Positions 26,462 to 30,240 of a stretch of DNA of 30,240 nucleotides are shown piece by piece. A program made the position numbers and the translations under genes. Numbering within the stretch: position 1 is the first letter of the stretch; every line of letters begins with the position of its first letter. Below the pieces are notes generated by a model. That model was given only the letters and a program-made list of their open reading frames with translations. It did not search any database and was not told where the DNA came from. The stretch comes from Pedosphaera sp. Its GTDB lineage: Bacteria > Verrucomicrobiota > Verrucomicrobiia > Limisphaerales > SIBH01. Location of the stretch: positions 1 to 30,240 of the forward strand of contig JANOQV010000047.1 in NCBI GenBank assembly GCA_031414955.1, written 5' to 3'.

Positions 26462-28959
26462 TCACCGGCCGGCGGAGTTTTCTGGGATGTGCTCGCGGAC
26501 CAGTTTGAGCCAGTTCTGATAAGCCGCGCTGGCTCGCCATTCGTCGTAGGATTTGCCCGGACCGTTTCGTTCTGCTCCGCTCCCAGGTTCGCCGGCATTG
26601 TTCCCATCTGGGCGGCGAGTCGCTGCCGCTCTTCAGGCGTCAGGGCGAAGGCCGCCGCTTCGGTGGCGCGAGTGCGTTCGGTCAGGTTCGCCAAGCGCGT
26701 CTTAATTCCAAGAGTGGCAGACAACGACGCCTTCTCGTCCGTGGCGGTGCTGGCCAGCCATGCTTCGTGGCGGTTCACCGCCGGAGTGGTTTCCGCGTAG
26801 GCTTCGACGGAATAGACGTTGGATTCGGCCTGCCAATCCAGGAGTTGCTCTAGCGAGGAAGCCCCGGCCCGGTAAGGCCGGAGCATTCGATTCATCGCAA
26901 AGAGATTGTTGGTGGCCTTCACCTGATGGGGAAGGTCCGGAGTGGCACCCACGAGGAAGAGCAGGACGTCGCCGGCCAGAGTGTTCCCGCGCAGGAGCAA
27001 TTTCTCCTTAGTTGAGGAATTACGGCCCGCAAGGGAAAGCAGGCTGCCGTCAATCGTGCAGCCCTGCACGTCCAGGGTGGGAACCTGGTTTGACGACAGG
27101 GTCTCTGGAGCCAACCAGGCCATGGCAAAACCCGCACCGCTCGAGAATTCGCACTGATAAAAGCCGGCCGTGGTCACATTTCTCAAATGGACGAATTCCG
27201 GCGGCGGCCGCGCGGGAAGGCTGGAACCGAACTCGAATTCAAACCGGCAGTGAGCGGCAAAAAGCGGAGCACCGTCCACACTGATCACAACGCTGCGAGC
27301 GAGCTCAGGCCGGCCGCGTTCTCTCGACGGCGATGGCTGCGCCACCAAGGTCAACCCTTCCAACACCAGCGCCGCGCTGGTGAACAATATCCGGCCGCCG
27401 GGCCGGGAGGATCTGAGCACCGGCTCGAAACCAGGCGCGGCGCGAAGAATCAAAGCTTTCCCGCCCAAATCCACCGGCGGCACCACCTGTGGGCCATGGA
27501 AGCGGCATTCAATCACCGCTCCTGCGGGCGCTGCCTCCACGGCTTCGGCCAGGGTCGCGAATCCTTTTTCCGACTGATCGCCGGAGGCGGACACGAAGAA
27601 CAACGGCGCGCGTTGAGATTCTGAACCCACGGCCGGATTCGTTTCGCCCGGAGGTGTGACCGCGATCGTGTTTTCCTTCGGTGGAGACTTGGGTCGCATC
27701 GCGATGATCGCGACCAAGGCCAGCAACAATGGAATGATCATGACCGCGAGCCAGAACGGCAGTGTGAGCCTGGGGCGGATTCCACCGGCGCCAGGAGGGT
27801 TGTCACCGGGACGGTTCGGGTCCGAAGTGTTTTGAAGTTCCGCCAGCCGTCGTCCCAGTTCCCCGGCCACCTCCGCCGCAGTCTGAGGCCGTGAAGCGGG
27901 ATCCTTCGCCATCAAACTCTGGATCAGCAGGCCCAGCCATTCGGGAATCCGGTCATTGAGCGTGTGCGCGAGCGACGGATTTTCTTCACACACGCGGCGC
28001 AGAGCCACCAGCGGTTTCTCCGCGCGAAAAGGTGATACGCCCGTGGCCATCTCGTAGAGCACACAACCGAAGCCAAACAAGTCAGCGCGCTGATCCACGG
28101 TGCCGTTGTTGGCTTGTTCGGGTGCCATGTATTCCGGCGTGCCGGCGACATGACCGTCTTGCGTCAATGCCGAGTCATCCGCCGCCCGCGCCATCCCGAA
28201 GTCGGTGATCTTCACCCGCTCGACACCGTTTTCGAGCAGGATGTTGCTGGGCTTCACGTCGCGATGGATGAGTCCTTGCGCGTGGGCCGCCGCGAGTCCC
28301 AAGGCGGTTTGTGCGCCGATGCGAAGGATTTCCTCCACGGACAGCGGCCCGGTCGCGCGGATGCGTTCTGAGAGCGTCCGCCCTTGCACGAACTGCATCA
28401 CGAGGTAGGGCAGGCCGGAACATTCATCGACTGCGTAGATGGGCACGACGTGTTCATGGACCACGGCGGCGGCGGCGCGCGCTTCGCGGACAAACCGGGC
28501 GCGGGCCAGGGAATTCGCCGCGAGCGCCGGTGGCAGAATTTTGAGCGCGACGATGCGATTCAATGCCGGGTCGCGCGCCTTGAGCACGATGCCCATGCCG
28601 CCTATGGCGACCGCAGCCAACACTTCGTAAGGACCAAAACGCGCCAGCAGGCCGGGCTGATCCGTGGCTTGCAGAAAATCCAATCGCGGAGGAGAGGTTG
28701 TTTCAGCTTCGTGACCGGGCGAACGTGATTCGAGGATCCGCATGGCCGTTTCGAGTGCAGCGGACCCGGGTTGGGCCGAGGCGGCGTGTGCCCTGGCCCG
28801 CATTTCCAGCCAGCCCGAGTCACCGGCCATTTCTTCGAGTCGCGCCTGGCACGCGGAACATTCCGCGAGATGCGCCGACAATTTGGCGTCGTCGGCAGAC
28901 GATGGTCGTCCGCGCAAGGCGGCGGCGAGTTGCTCGGTGGTCGGGCAGGCTGCTGACAT
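26462..28959 (-). CDS. Membrane Ser/Thr protein kinase with N-terminal anti-sigma-type zinc finger and extracytoplasmic beta-helix domain; apparent 1-nt frameshift at about 26563
   Basis: C5 plus HLAECSAC (ZAS-like). Kinase motifs GGMGIV, VALK, HRDVKPSN, DFG and GTPEYMAPE. TM segment LPFWLAVMIIPLLLALVAIIAM. As sequenced, the ORF runs to 26398. The shifted frame gives GPGKSYDEWRASAAYQNWLKLVREHIPENSAGR-TGA, ending at 26462. Confidence 0.85.
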
Positions 28960-29571
28960 TCAGTTCTCCAAAGTCGTGAGCGGTTCGTCGGTGGCGGTCT
29001 CGATCAATTCCCGCAGCCGGGCGATGACCCGGCTGCGGGCGATATAGACCGCCCCAATGGAGATTCCCAACTGGCCGGCCACTTCTTTCACGGAAACCGA
29101 GTTCACCGAGGTGAGCCAGAAGGCATCCCAGGTCGCGGGTTGAAATTCCGGTCGCGCCTTCTCGGCTGCCCAATCAAAAAGGCGCTGGCGGTAATCCTCC
29201 TCCCAACGCGTCAGTTCATCCGTGCCAGGCTCCTGGTCGAGGAATCGTTCGATGGTGGATTCGCTGGCCGGCTAGGGTGCGCGTTGCTGTCGCGCGAAAA
29301 ATTTGTGCAGGCGATGACGCGTGGTCTGGAGCATCCAGCCGCGGAATTTTCCGCGCTGGGCGTTGTATTCAAATTTCGGCATGGCCTGCGCCGCCACGCG
29401 CATGACCTCCTGGGCCACGTCGGCCGCGTCCGCATCCTGAAGACCGTGACGTCGGCAATGGCCGAAGATGAGCGGGGTGTAGAGCCGCACGAATTCACTC
29501 CAGCACTCGGCATCATCCGTGTCGCGCAGGCGCAACAACAGACTGGGGCGGGTGACCGGTGCGGTGCTCAT
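28960..29571 (-). pseudogene. ECF sigma factor (PVC kinase-associated type) interrupted by an in-frame TAG at codon 100; pseudogene, readthrough or sequencing error
   Basis: The sigma2 half is MSTAPVTRPSLLLRLRD...WSEFVRLYTPLI...DAADVAQEV...RGKFRGW. TAG lies at 29274-29272. The same frame continues PASESTIERFLDQEPGTDELTRWEEDYRQRLFDWAAEKARPEFQPATWDAFWLTSVNSVSVKEVAGQLGISIGAVYIARSRVIARLRELIE (sigma4) to TGA at 28962-28960, directly abutting the kinase ATG. Confidence 0.85.
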
Positions 29572-29630
29572 CGTACAGTGGTTTAGCCGGTGCCAGCATA
29601 CGGAAGCGATGGCTCGGAACCAGTCATAAA

Positions 29631-29716
29631 ATGCTCGATCAACTTCAACGACAGCCAACGCGGATGGGGCACGGTCAGCGTGAACAGCGACGTCGTCGAA
29701 GCCAGCCTTTCAGGCT
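29631..29716 (+). pseudogene. Decayed 3' remnant resembling the citramalate synthase (CimA/LeuA) regulatory domain
   Basis: Reads ML[g]INFNDSQRGWGTVSVNSDVVEASL[t]QA with two 1-nt insertions. It resembles the CimA C-terminal pattern as I recall it, VLI...DG...W(G/S)TVGV..NIIEAS.QAL. Confidence 0.45.
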
Positions 29717-29815
29717 CGCAGCGCGAGCTGTTCCACCGACAGATCCGCCTGCCTTCGCCTGGCTCATCTGGATTATTGCGGTGTCCGGCAACTGTGCCCT
29801 ACCGTCACCCGCTGA

Positions 29816-30240
29816 ATGTCTGAAATCCCAAAAGCCTACGAACCTCAATCGGTCGAATCGAAATGGTACCAGTTCTGGCTCGACCGGAATTGTTTCACCG
29901 CCGACCCGGCGCGCGTCTCTGAATCGCGCCCGGCGTATTCCATCGTCATTCCGCCGCCGAACGTCACGGGCGTGCTCACGCTCGGGCATGTGCTGAACAA
30001 CACCATCCAGGACATCCTCGCCCGCAAGGCGCGCATGGATGGCAAGGAAGTCCTCTGGCTGCCCGGCACCGACCACGCCGGCATCGCCACGCAGAACGTG
30101 GTGGAGAAGACCTTGAAGAAGGCGGGCGAGATCAAGCATCGCAACGACCTCGGCCGCGAGGCGCTCGTGGCGCGCATCTGGGAGTGGAAGGAGAAATACG
30201 GCGGCATCATTCTCCAGCAGCTCAAGGCGCTCGGGGCGTC
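29816..30240 (+). CDS. valS: Valine--tRNA ligase, N-terminal part (runs off the window)
   Basis: [21 protein letters not shown]...[51 protein letters not shown]...DLGRE...IWEWKE. Absent from the ORF track because there is no stop in the window. Confidence 0.95.
   Translation, partial: MSEIPKAYEPQSVESKWYQFWLDRNCFTADPARVSESRPAYSIVIPPPNVTGVLTLGHVLNNTIQDILARKARMDGKEVLWLPGTDHAGIATQNVVEKTLKKAGEIKHRNDLGREALVARIWEWKEKYGGIILQQLKALGA

Noticed and set aside
29272..29274. Genome-wide TAG reassignment or pyrrolysine
   Set aside because: More than 25 kb of other coding sequence has no in-frame TAG, and no pyl or suppressor tRNA gene is in the window. One instance does not support recoding.
29559..30225. 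ORF-track ORFs 29559-29996, 29675-30139 and 29845-30225
   Set aside because: These are alternative or antisense frames overlapping the clear valS frame that starts at 29816.

Overview
High-GC bacterial DNA, most likely Verrucomicrobiota subdivision 3 (Pedosphaera/Limisphaera-like). This is inferred from the secreted-protein C-termini, the ECF/kinase type and the valS motif. Left half (+ strand): three tandem giant secreted repeat proteins, namely the end of an MBG-repeat protein, a PQQ sugar-dehydrogenase/PKD/cadherin-like/P-domain protein, and a protein with 20 cadherin-like repeats between two P-domains. A five-gene nucleotide-sugar cassette follows (RmlC-like epimerase, SAF-domain oxidoreductase, RfbF, PIG-L deacetylase, LhgO). 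Right half (- strand): a PQQ-like beta-propeller gene with an upstream partner, a secreted beta-helix/HYR protein, a zinc-finger Ser/Thr kinase and a coupled ECF sigma factor. The start of valS (+) ends the window. Points the ORF track misses: the sigma factor has an in-frame TAG at codon 100 with an intact sigma4 half behind it; the kinase appears frameshifted near its C-terminus; four secreted proteins share a C-terminal 'W...(R/K)F(Y/F)x...P' putative sorting domain and are rich in S/T-N and N-x-S/T motifs; a three-layer nested inverted-repeat element lies at 26154-26427; and a decayed cimA-like 3' fragment lies upstream of valS.
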